DNA of 61,580 bases, the filler included, from Chiloscyllium plagiosum (Eukaryota): NCBI RefSeq assembly GCF_004010195.1. It is 4 parts of one record of this genome, joined end to end, with 100 filler letters (N's around TTAATTAATTAA, not from the genome) between each part and the next. Parts side by side here need not be neighbours in the genome. Positions count along the whole stretch, not along the records: positions 50,742 to 61,580 come from NC_057712.1; 3 more parts are not named here. One strand, 5' to 3'. The first letter of the stretch is position 1, and every line of letters begins with the position of its first letter. The position numbers and the translations under genes are program-made. Of this stretch, positions 50,742 through 61,580 are shown piece by piece. The notes under the pieces were generated by a model, which worked only from the letters and a program-made list of their open reading frames with translations, was not told the DNA's origin and did not search any database.

Positions 50742-51434
50742 GTCATAAGATCTGTAGATACTGGACTAAAGTAGCAAGTGCCCTGACAGAAATTTTAGGA
50801 ACGGAAATTAAAGTGGACCCTGCATCTCTCCTCTTGGGTTTTCGAACTTTCCCTCCCTGGACATGTACGGGAAGAGACTATTTTCTATCCTCTCTTTCTT
50901 GCAAGGAAAAATATTTTGGTGAACTGGGTGGCTGAGGGCCCCCTTGGACTTTCAAATTGGCACAGACTACTTATGGAATGTATTCCCCTTGACTTCCTTA
51001 CAAATATGGTGCACCGAAAGACCGAATTATTTTATAAAATATGGCAGCCCTTTTTGAATTACATAAATACAGATATTTCGGCTATCCTAACAAGGGCTTT
51101 TATTTAATTGAGATTACAAACCTGGCTGGTCCGGGGCACCTCGGGAGAGGAATCCCGCACGAATACGGGTTTTATTACATCTGATGTTAACACATTCCGA
51201 GCATGTAAGAGACTTAAAGATACACTCTGGTTAGTTGTAGGTTAGATTAGTAGATAGTTGAGTTTTGGTTTTTTTTCTTCTTTTTCGTTTTTTTTCCCTG
51301 TCTCTTGTTAAATTTTGGCTATTGTATATTTGAGTTGATTGTATATTAATGTTTATATCTGAGAGTTTTGTTTATTTTTGTAAACTTGTAAAAATGTTAA
51401 ATTTCTAATAAAAATATCTATTTTAAAAAAAAAA
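50742..51434 (+). mobile_element. L1/Tx1-clade LINE 3' end with poly(A) tail
   Basis: ARKNILVNW..LSNW..FYKIWQPFLNYI C-terminus, T-rich 3'UTR, AATAAA at 51407-51412 and an A-tail at 51425-51434. Confidence 0.8.
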
Positions 51435-51436
51435 GA

Positions 51437-52050
51437 ATTCTCGTCAACAGCTTCCCAACCAACTGACGAGACTTACCAATCTATAGTTTCCTGGATTATC
51501 CCTATTTCCCATCTTGAGCAGGGGAACAACATTAGCAATTCACCAGTCCTCCAGGACTCATCCAGTGGCTAGTATGGATACAAAGACCTTGGTCAGGCTC
51601 CAGCAATCTCTTCTCTTGTCTCTTGCAATAACCTGGGATAGGTACCATTGGGCCCTGCGGATGTACCCACCTCACTGCTCTTCAAGAGACCCAACACCAT
51701 TTCTTCTTGATCTCAAAATGCCCTAGCGTATTAGCATGCCCCACACTAATCTCTTTCTTCTATATCCTTCTCCTCGGTGAATACTGATGCAAAGTACTCA
51801 TTTAGGATCTTGCCCGCATCCTCTGGCTCCAAGCACAAGTTGCCTCTTTTATCCTTATCCTCTCCATAGTTATCCTCTTGATTTTAATGTATATATAGAA
51901 GATCTTGGGATTCTGTTTAACACTACTTGCCAAGGTCATTTCACAGACTCTTCTGCTCTCATGATTCCCTGCTTGAGTTCTTTCTCGCTTTACGTTCCTC
52001 ACATGCCCTGTTTGATTATAACTTCTTAAACTTTATATATGCTTCTTTTT
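51437..52050 (-). mobile_element. CR1 LINE fragment
   Basis: LASSVKQNPKIFYIYIK. Confidence 0.75.
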
Positions 52051-52935
52051 TGCCTTTCTTGGCAAGAGCATTTGGTGTCCACTAGCAAACACCATTTTCC
52101 ATGACAGATGGTTACCCCAGGGTGTGGAATCCATCATTTTCCCCACCAGTGACATCTTGATTTGATCCTGTAGATGTCTTTTAAGTTATATTACCTTATG
52201 TTGCCTTTTTATTTATTTTTGATTTGCATAAATTTATTTCTTGGTTTTGAGAAAGTGTACTCAGATGCGTGTACATTTAGTTTTCCTAAAAGAGCATTTA
52301 GATTATATAGAGTAAACCAGTATTAGGGGGATTGTTTAGAGTGATGTTTGTGATAAGCAGTAGGTAGAAACTAGAATGCTTAGACAGACTGTGTGCACTT
52401 CACAAACAAACTTGGAGGTCCTCTAACAGGGAGGGCATTGTCAACGTCAGACTGGAAATTTTCCACAATCCTATATCAAATAGCAAAATCAACTCCATGG
52501 ACATAAGTGCTGCTGTTAAACCTTCCACTGGAAAGGAAAGGTTATCTACCAACAGTTTTCCCTCAGCTGTCGCGCCCAGGAATGTGCGCCTCACTGAGGT
52601 CACATGTCAATTGGAGAATTGATAGCTCATGTGGTTCCACTACAGTTCTTTGTTCTGGACAGCAACCCTCAAGGTTGCTGTATTCTAATAAGTATTCTTA
52701 TTCTAAAAGTTCAAGTTGTAAAATGTAAACCTTTTTTCTTTGACCAAAAAAGTGATCCCACTAATTGTAGTTCTCCAGACAAGAGGAAGTGCGACAGCAC
52801 TTTTTAGGCTAGCTTTTCCAGTCCCCTCCTTAATCATAGTGAGCAGGGTTATCTTGAAGAGATCACAGATGCTATTGTCCAGACACTGTTCCAACACAGA
52901 TATCCAACCACATTCATGCATCTATTACCAGTGCA

Positions 52936-53619
52936 CAGAACAACCTCGTTATCCACAAATGAATTATCTGAATTTTGGATTATCCGAACAAGATCTCAAG
53001 ATCCCGTAAAAATGTTACATCAAATCGGTGGAGGATATATCTAGCAAGACCCTTTGTTCCTGAATTGTGAATGTATATTCCTAGTAGTTGATTCTCCATG
53101 CTGTGAACGTGCATTCATAAAACTACCATTCAATGTCTGATTTTCAGTTCTCTCCAACTTAGTCATTTGCGCTCACGAAAGTGAAATGTCTGTGCAAGCC
53201 ACTAGGTGGCACGTTTGTCAGCAAATCATTGCAAGCTGCAGCTAGTTTTGGAATTGCTTATCTTTTGAAATTCTCACTCAAACAGGAAGGAACTTATCAA
53301 AACTCATTACATTTTACTTTCAGAAGAGGTTATTTATTCCACTTTACTGTGCTTTTGAATTTGTTTACCTCAGAGTTGCACACTATTTGCAATGATGCAT
53401 GACTGAGTGGATAACACCATGATTTTATTTGTAAAATAATAAATTTTTAAGCAAAATAGAGTGTTTGTACACATTTTAATCGATTGAGTGAAATAAAAAC
53501 TCCATAAACACTTTTTTTACATAATTATGTTCAGTATGGCTTCCTTTGTTTACAATCAGATCAGTTATCCAAACAAAATAGTCCCCACCCGTCTCGGTAA
53601 AATAATCAAGGTTGTTCTA
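52936..53619. mobile_element. Non-autonomous Tc1/mariner (Tigger/pogo-like) MITE
   Basis: TIR cagaacaacctcgttatcc at 52936 and its degenerate reverse complement at ~53598-53619. The second copy at 55208 is preceded by TA. Confidence 0.6.
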
Positions 53620-54904
53620 TGCATATTTTTGACTTTGCCAATTGTTATAAACTATGTGATTCACTAAAGTCCTTTAAGCAAGAATATCTGCCATCCTTAC
53701 CTGGTCTGACCTACATGCGACTCTAGACCCACGATCATGCAATTGACTCTTAACTAGGGAATTAGGGATGGATAATAATTTTTTTCCTTTAAACAAATAT
53801 TTTCTTAAAAATTAGCACACAAATTCAGAACTGTGGAGAGGACAGACAATTTTCAAGAACGCATAGGCTGGTGTAATGGACAAATGGCAGATGAAATTTA
53901 ATGATGATGTTATACATTTTTGGTTAGAAGAATCAACAAAGGCAATATAAAAGATAATCTTCCAAAGAGATGCATGAAAAGAGGAATCTGGGGCTGTTTT
54001 TTCTCAGATGTTATTACACACCTCTGGAATAGGTGGGACTTGAATCTGGCCGTCCTGGTCCAGGGGTAGAGACACTGTCATTGCGCCAAAACAGGACTTT
54101 ATATGTGCACTCATTGAAAGTGGCATAGCAAATTGAAAAACTGATTAAAAAAGTATTAAGATCCTGGGATTAACAGAGGTAGAGTACACAAGAAAATTAC
54201 AGGGAATGAGCAGAAAACACTGGTTTGACTTCAATTAGAGCAGCGTGTCTGATTAGCATCACACTTTTGGTAGGATGTCGCGTTGCCATAGTCTTACCAG
54301 ACCAGAGGGACTTCTCTCATTAGAAGGAGGCAAGTGGTGGTGCTGAGGGCCAACAAACCTCAGACGAGGAAAGAGGTTGTGGAGGAGAGTCCTTCATGGT
54401 AACCTCAAAGCGGTGATGGGAATTAAACTCATGCTGTTGGCATCACACTACTCTGTAAACCAACAATCCAGCCGACTGAGCTAAACTGATTCCTCTGGAA
54501 GGATGCAAAGAGGTTTTGAAGAGTATGTAGCGAAGATTCATAACAGCGGTCTCAGGGATGAGATCTGTTTTGCAGATACTGTACATTGAAAAGCTCTTAA
54601 AGAGAAAAGGTTGAGAATAGATTTACACCAGCTTATGCCTTCTTGAAAAGGTTTGTTCAATATATTGTTTCAGTTGTATGACACTGTAATCTTTTGCTAT
54701 AAATTCTGCGTATGATCCTGCTTCATCTGAGCAGCACTTCGAAAGCTAGTACTTTCAAATAAACCTGTTGGACTATAACCTGGTGTTGTGATTTTTTTAC
54801 TTGTTGAAAATTGACTGTCCTCCTCAGTTCACAATTCTAGTGTTAACTTTTAAGAAAGTATTTGTTCAATTAGATCGTATCAGATCTGTTCAATTCCATT
54901 TACA

Positions 54905-55045
54905 TGAGGAACTATTTGCGAAACGTTTCAGAGAACAGCTCTGGGACACCCGCACCAACCAACCCAACTGCCCAGTGGCTGAACACTAACTCGCCCTCCC
55001 ACTCTGCCAAGGACATGCAGGTCCTTGGCCGCCTTCATTGCCGGC
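54905..55045 (+). mobile_element. Penelope GIY-YIG fragment
   Basis: FAKRFREQLWDTRTNQPNCPVAEH/NSPSHSAKDMQVLG, the same family as 29340. Confidence 0.75.
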
Positions 55046-55207
55046 GGGGGGGGGGGGATATAGTAGGCTATGGGCCAAGTGCAGATAAATTGGATTTGCA
55101 TAGTTTAGTTAGCACAGACATGGTGGGCTGAAAGGCCTGCTTCTATGGCTATGACATCCCATTGATTTAGCCTAATGTAATTTCTCCACCAGCAGCTGTT
55201 TGGTATA

Positions 55208-55430
55208 CAGAACAACCTCAATTATCCGAATGAGGTGGGAATGGAGTATTTTGTTCAGATAACTGATTGCTCGGGTAACTGATCTGATCGTAAACAAAGG
55301 AAGCCATACTGAACATAATTATGTAAAAAAAAAGCGTGGCTACAGAGTTTTAATTTCATTCAATTGATAAAATGTGTACAAACACTGAATATGGTTTAAA
55401 AATTCATGATATTTTACAAATAAAATCATT
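55208..55430. mobile_element. Partial inverted copy of the Tigger-like MITE
   Basis: Reverse complement of ~53420-53619. Confidence 0.65.
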
Positions 55431-55879
55431 TCATGTAAATAAAATTCATGAGGTGGAGGTCGCTCCACATTCACTCCATTCGCTTAACATTCACTCCATT
55501 CTGACAAAGAACCATGACAAACTTTCTTACCATCTCCATTTCTCTCTAAATGCCTCACTTTCCATTGTCTGAAGATATAAAAATTACCAAATGGCGGCTC
55601 TCTTCAAACAACAGATACTTGCATGAATGCACATTTGCCTTTTGTAGCTGTCACTCTCTAGTTTACTGCTCCATTCAGCAACATTCATCACAAATTGATC
55701 TCTATTCTACCTTAAACATGCACCTGGTCTTTTGGCAGTCATACTTCCAGGACTTCAACCATTACATTCTCCTTTCACATCGCCCAGTAAACACTTTCCC
55801 ATTTCACCCACAGCCATATCTTTAGTTGGCTTTATTATTTTGTTGCCATTCTTTTCACAAGAACATCCTTCTCATATAA

Positions 55880-56690
55880 AACGATAAGATGTAGGAACAG
55901 AACTAAGGCATTCAGTCCATTGAATCTGCTCTTACATTCAGTGTGATCTACCGTCGATCTGATAATCAACTCCATTTTCCTGCCTTTTCTCCATACCCTT
56001 GATTTCCTTAATGATTTTTTAAAAATCTGTTGATTTCAGTCTCTCTTAATGGCCAATCCTCAAAACTTCCTGCAGTAAAGAATTCCACAGATTCACTACC
56101 CTCAGAGAAATTGCTCACCTGTCTTAAAAACGTGTGACCACTTATTGAAATTATGCACTCTGGTCCTAGACTTTGCCACAAGGGGAAACAACCAGTCAAG
56201 TTGCATAAAAATCTTACATACTTCAATAATGTCACCTCTCAGTCTTCTATATTCCAAGGTGTACAGGCCCAATCTTATCAACCTCTCCTCATAAGACAGT
56301 CCTTCCAAAGCTGGCATCAGTCTGGTGAACGCAGTGGACTGCATTCAATGCCAGTATAGCTTTCCTTAGATAAAGAGCCCAAAACTATTCACAGTACGCC
56401 AGCTATGGTCAGACAAGTGCTTTGTATACTTTTAACTAAACCTCTCTACTTTCACACTCTATTCTCTTTGAAATAAAGGTCAACATTTCATTTCTTTTCC
56501 TTATTACCACCTGAACTTGGATACTAGCTTTCTATAATTCCTAAATCTTCCTGTTCTGTAACCTTATGCAGTTTCTCTCTTTAAATACTATTTAGCTCCA
56601 CTATTCTTACTGTAAAGTGTGCACTTCACATTTCCCCACATTTATTCCATTTGTGGAGTTTCTGTTCACCGACCTAACCTAGCTATATCC
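55880..56690 (-). mobile_element. CR1 LINE 3' part
   Basis: LSYEERLIRLGLYTLEYRRLRGDIIEV. Confidence 0.85.
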
Positions 56691-58599
56691 CTGACTTCTC
56701 TCTTATCTGTAAAGGTTTCCTTCCTCTAAGTTACAAATCCTCTTATGATTTTCTGTTTGCACCAACACTTACACTTCAACTTTGCACAAAACGGAAAAAC
56801 TATGAAAACCAAGGAACAATGTCATGTGAAGTCTCATCCTGGCCATAAAAAAGTCACTAACAACAATTTTTTGGACTATTGAGTTATTTGAATCAAAGAA
56901 AATGCTGCAAAGAAAATTAAACTGCATTTTGAAAATTAACTGATCTCCTGTGCCATGTTCTTTTGAACAGTATAGCCAATGCAGATGAACAAAAGCAGAA
57001 GTAGGCCATTTGGTTCTTTGAGTCTCCATCTAATCAAATCATAGCTGATCTTCTAACTTAACACAATTTCCCGACATTATCTCCATTTCCCTTTATGGCT
57101 TCAATTCCTAGAATCGATTAATTACTGATTTGAACATAATCACGACATCGCCCGGCCTAGGTTGAGAATTCCAAAAATTCACTATCGCAGGTGGGGAAAA
57201 AAGCCTCCTCATACACAATCTTAAATGGGCACCATTATTATTTTGAGACTGTATCTCCTGGTTCCAAACACTCAGCTAGGGGAAACATTTCTCCTGCAAC
57301 TACGGTGTCAACCCCTGTAAGAATTTTATATATCCTAATGAAGTCACTTTTCATTTTTCTGATCGAGAGAGAATACAGACGTTGAGTGTGGGGCTGGAAA
57401 AACACAGCCAGTCAGGCAGCACCCGAGGAGCAGGAGAATCAACATTTTGAGCATAAGCCCTTCATCAAGGCAAACATGATTTCCCTTTCATTAATCTGTG
57501 CTCGCAACCCAATCCCACTATTAGTTAAGTATCCAGTTGTAAAACCCTTTACAATACATTATAAAGATTTCCATATTCCTGACGTCTGGTTAACAAGTCT
57601 CCCTCTAATTTAAATAGAGAGGTTGCTACCCTTCAAACTGCAGAATCTATTGAATTTTGGAAAACAGTCACAACTCCGCTATCTCTTTAGCTACCTCTTT
57701 AAAAATTTAGAATAGTTCATAAGCTCCAGGGGAATTTGCCAATTTTCAGTCCCATGTAACATATCTAACAGTTGATGTTTGAGGTCTCTGCTCAAAGCCA
57801 TGAATATTCTCTCTCATTTCAGGGACACTTTTTTTGCTTCATTTCCACTCTTCAATATTCCTTTCCTTAGGGCAGCAGTCACATACCATTATCATTCTGT
57901 TACCTATATTAAACTACACACTTACTGATGAAAGATCAGCAGACTGAAAGGTTAGCTCATTTGTTTATTTGATCATAGATGTTGTCTGACCTGTTAAGTG
58001 TTTGCATGCATTATTTTTACTATTTTGGCCTCATCTACCAGAAAGGGGCAGAGACCAAGTCAGTGACAAACAAACATCACTGGATTCGAAACGTTAATGC
58101 TTTCTCTCCACAGATGCTACCAGACCTGCCGTGTTTTCCCAACAACTTCTGGTATTGTTTCTGATTTCCAGCATCCGCAATTCTATGGGCTTTTTAGAAA
58201 AAAAAACAATACGTAATGAGGACAAATTATTCTGCCTTGTTTGAAGTAAATATTGAAGAGCCACAAAACTGATACAGAAGTGGAGGATGTCACTTCCACC
58301 CATCCCATTAACAGAAAGTGTATTAGCTAGACGTTTAAGTAAAACAAAACTGTACTGGTACAAATGATTTGTAAAGGTACATTACAACCCGGGGGGAAGG
58401 GGGGGGGGGGGGGAGCGGTGGAATCAAGGAAAGACAAAGTTGCCAACCATGCCTAACTTTTCCGGGTTCAGGTATCAAAGCATTTGTTTATTTTATAACA
58501 GGGTAATGGAATATAGCAATTCTAACCCTGACCCAACTAAACAATGCTGAAGTACCTGTTGCAGCCGAGCACAACCATACAGAAGCGGTATATCAATCG

Positions 58600-58835
58600 G
58601 TACACTGAGCGACCGCCGGCTAGAAGCTTCTGGAGGCAGCACAAATGACCAGGCACGGGTGCGCGGTTGTGGAAGGCTAAAGGGGCGCAGGCGCGTCGGG
58701 TAGGAACTGAAGATGATGGCGCAGGCGTAGAGTATCGGGGCGCTTTCTCCGGCGGGAGTATTTCGAGCTGAGCTGTGTCAGGTGACGCGATTCACCTGGC
58801 AGCCATTTCGCGACGTGTTCAAGACAAAATGGCGG
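58600..58835. promoter_or_regulatory. CpG-rich promoter/5'UTR of PPIL4, possibly bidirectional
   Basis: Local CpG enrichment, NRF1-like GCGCAGGCG motifs (~58685, ~58719) and a YY1-like CAAAATGGCGG overlapping the ATG. Confidence 0.7.
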
Positions 58836-58898
58836 TGCTGCTTGAAACAACACTGGGAGATTTGGTGATCGATTTGTACACGGAGGAGAGGCCTAGGG
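58829..58898 (+). CDS. PPIL4: Peptidyl-prolyl cis-trans isomerase-like 4, coding exon 1 (MAVLLETTLGDLVIDLYTEERPR)
   Basis: Near-identical to the vertebrate PPIL4 N-terminus; donor g|gtcagt, phase 1. Confidence 0.93.
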
Positions 58899-59029
58899 GT
58901 CAGTGGTAATTTGGAGAGGCAGTTTTCATTGCAAATTTCTCCCTTCTTGTTAGGATGATTCATATTCTTTAAACAGAAGTTCTGAAACGGGGAGGTGAAG
59001 TCTCTTAACGGCTTTACATATTTTCTACA

Positions 59030-59335
59030 ACATCTTAAGATTTGAAGACATCTCAAAACACTGCATAGCCTCTTCACTATTTTTGAAGTGTAGTCACTGT
59101 TGTAATTTACGCACATGCTCCTACAAATATCAGTGAGGTGATGACCAGCTAATTTCATTGATGTTAACTGACATATTTGGCTACCGGGGAGAACACCCCT
59201 ATTATTCGAAACAGTGGCCACTTTTGCATATCTCTGAAGGGCAGTGAGGGACTCAGTTGGACAGAAGCACCATGTTGCAGTGTTCGTTTGGATGATTGAG
59301 ACCTGAACCCACGATCTCCCGACTTGAGGTGAAAG
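59030..59335 (-). mobile_element. Ancient Deu-domain SINE-like remnant (related pieces at ~23450-23990 and ~25085-25330)
   Basis: Minus strand ...ttacaacagtgactacacttcaaaa.. and gaataataggggtgttctcccc resemble the DeuSINE core as recalled. Confidence 0.5.
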
Positions 59336-59724
59336 AGAAAGATTCGCAGAATTATAGTTTTGTTTTAAAACGCACTGGCGACTGTGCCCCAAATCATTTC
59401 ACATTGGAAATCATGTTAAAGCTGACCTGAAGGCACATTATTTCTTTAAAGCTTGATGCAGTTCAAAGATGGAACTTATGACATTTCTGTAGTGTTTCAT
59501 ACGTGCAGGATTTGTCTCAGTGGTGTGGTGCGCGGTTGTGGAAAGAGTTTAAAAAGTCCTATGAAGATAAGGGAGTTGTGAAAAAGCAATGAGGCATTTG
59601 AAACGAGGAGGGAGGTTGAGGAATATGAAGAAACCAAAGAACAGTTACATTGGTGAAAGATTGTTCAAAATAATAGATCAGGGTTTCTGAAATATCAGTA
59701 ATCATCTATGTCCTAAAATGTGAT

Positions 59725-59905
59725 TTGTTGGTGTTGGATTGGAGTGAACAAAGTTAAAAATCACACACCAGGTTATAATCCAACAGGTTTATTTGAAAGA
59801 ACAAGCTTTCAAAGTGCTAATTACCTGACGCAGGAGCAGACCTCTGAAATTTTGTGCTTTCAAATAAGCCTGTTGGACTATAACCTGGTGTTGTGATTTT
59901 TAATT
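59725..59905. mobile_element. Penelope-type inverted-repeat remnant (family of 43907-44097 and 54660-54800)
   Basis: aaaaatcacacaccaggttataatccaacagg ... cctgttggactataacctggtgttgtgattttt arms around ctgacgcaggagc..ctctgaaa. Confidence 0.65.
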
Positions 59906-59956
59906 AGTTAATGTGAAATAATTTTGAGCTTAACTTTTACATATTTTTGTTTGTAG

Positions 59957-60024
59957 CCTGCTTGAATTTTTTGAAGCTTTGTAAGATCAAGTATTATAAC
60001 TATTGCCTCATCCACAATGTTCAG
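59957..60024 (+). CDS. PPIL4: PPIL4 exon 2 ((A)CLNFLKLCKIKYYNYCLIHNVQ)
   Basis: Sites ttgtag| and cag|gtgagt; phase 1-0. Confidence 0.93.
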
Positions 60025-60174
60025 GTGAGTTTCCACTAGTTTTTACATTCTTTAAACCTTGTACATTTTCCCAAAGAAGTTCTTCATAAATTGTTTGATC
60101 TAATATCTTGTAATTTATTCATGTTATTTATTATTAATGGATCACATAGAACTGGGTAGTGTGGCACATTGGCT

Positions 60175-60905
60175 TTTTTAAAATTCAAGGGTGTGGGTAT
60201 TATTAGCTGGTCCAACGCTTATTGCCAAATCTGGTCACCATTGAGCAAGTGAGCTGCTTTTTTTTGAATCTCTAGTCCGTTAGAGTGAGTTCCAGGATTT
60301 TGACACAGCAACACTAAAGGAAGAATGGCATATTTCTAAGTCAGTGGCTTGGAGGGGAACTTGCAGCTGGTGGTTGTCCCAGGTATTTGGTCCTTGCCTT
60401 ATTAGATGGTAATGATTGTTGGTTTGGATGGTGCTATTGAAGTTCTGTAATATATCTTGTAGATGCTGCTACTGAGCATCAATGGTGAAGGGAGTGAATA
60501 TTTATGAACATGGTGCAGTCAAGCAGTATGCTTTGTTCTGGATGTTGTTCAGCTTCTTGAGCATGTGAGTGGGGCTTCTTCCACCACACTCTTGACTTGT
60601 GCCTTGTAGATGGCTGTGGGGAGTCAGGAGATGAGTTACTTGCTGCAGCATTCCGAGCCTCTGACCTACTTTGCAGCCACAGTATTGATAGCTAGTTCAG
60701 ACAGTGCCTGTTCAATGGTAATCTTCTGAGGTGTTGATATTTGGGGTTCAGCGATGACAATGCTGGGAATGGTTAGGTTCTCTCTAATTGGAAATGGTCA
60801 ATGTGAGAGGCTTGTTGTTTGCCATCTTGTCAGCGCAAATCTGTGTAATAAAGTTTGGACAATAATTGCTGACCTACCTAATGATGCCCACATCCCATGA
60901 ATAAA
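60175..60905 (-). mobile_element. CR1/L2-group LINE 3' part (family of 36720-38690)
   Basis: Reverse complement of ~37800-38690. Confidence 0.65.
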
Positions 60906-61301
60906 AACAAATGCTAATATGCTGCACTATCTAATCCTCCAAATGCAGCAATATTTAATATCAGTAGAGACGTGACCTGCTTATAATTTTAGTAAAGCTC
61001 AAATGGATATGTGAACCAGGGTGAGTTTGCCAAATATTTACAAAATAGTCACTTGATCTGTGGAGAACACTTAGAATCTCTTAGATTTAGTTTTTCATTG
61101 TCCATGGTCAGCGCCAGCAATGCCCTTTGTCTCATCTTGGCCACCCAGCCTTCCTTACCTGATCCCGCCTCCTGCTCCCAACTGCCCCTGCTCAGTCTCT
61201 GTGACGTCCGACTGGTCCCTACCCACCCCGCTTGCCTGCCATTTTCCAAACTGGCCTCTCTACCTTCCAACCTGTCCCCTCCCACCAATATAATCCCATC
61301 G

Positions 61302-61462
61302 ATCTACCAACTCCCTCCTGCCTATTTCATGCTGACCTACCTGCTAGCTCCGCCCCAGCCCCTCATGCCCTTTTCAAGCCACATCTACCAACCCCTCCTG
61401 CCTATTTCATGCTGACCTACCTGCTAGCTCCGCCCCAGCCCCTCATGCCCTTTTCAAGCCAC
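61302..61462. repeat. ~81-bp tandem duplication in a C-rich region
   Basis: 61302-61382 is repeated at 61383-61462. Confidence 0.85.
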
Positions 61463-61580
61463 TCTGTCCCTCCTTCCCATTCCATGTCATTCACTCTTGC
61501 CCCTCCTACCAGCCGTCCCACCATCCCCCATTCCAACATGGCCCTCACAACCCAACCAACCCCGAATCAACACTGCTGCC

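Noticed and set aside
58778..59392. 204-aa minus-strand ORF overlapping PPIL4 exon 1
   Set aside because: It is antisense to a conserved exon, runs through a decayed SINE and has no recognisable domain.

Overview
Eukaryotic (vertebrate) genomic DNA, most likely an elasmobranch (shark), inferred from HE1-type tRNA-derived SINEs, their partner CR1 LINEs and the host genes. The window is four sequence blocks joined by artificial 100-bp spacers (44N-TTAATTAATTAA-44N at 18138-18237, 32999-33098 and 50642-50741), so adjacency across spacers is not proven. Block 1 holds a 5'-intact CR1, a decayed Gmr1-type LTR retrotransposon (gag with SCAN-like CA, then PR-INT-RT-RH), a probable solo LTR and an RTE LINE with nested inserts. 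Block 2 holds six phase-compatible minus-strand exons of a PKR/EIF2AK2-like gene (dsRBM, linker, kinase subdomains I-II). Block 3 holds four HEATR5B exons. Block 4 holds PPIL4 exons 1-2 with a CpG-rich promoter and a candidate divergent gene. The most notable signal is a set of at least three Penelope-like retroelement families carrying minimal hammerhead-ribozyme motifs (CUGANGA-stem II-GAAA plus a palindromic 4-nt stem III). They include a perfect 88-bp-arm hairpin insertion and an insertion that copied host flank DNA in inverted orientation. No prokaryote-type systems are present. Most short ORFs in the track are spurious or retroelement debris.
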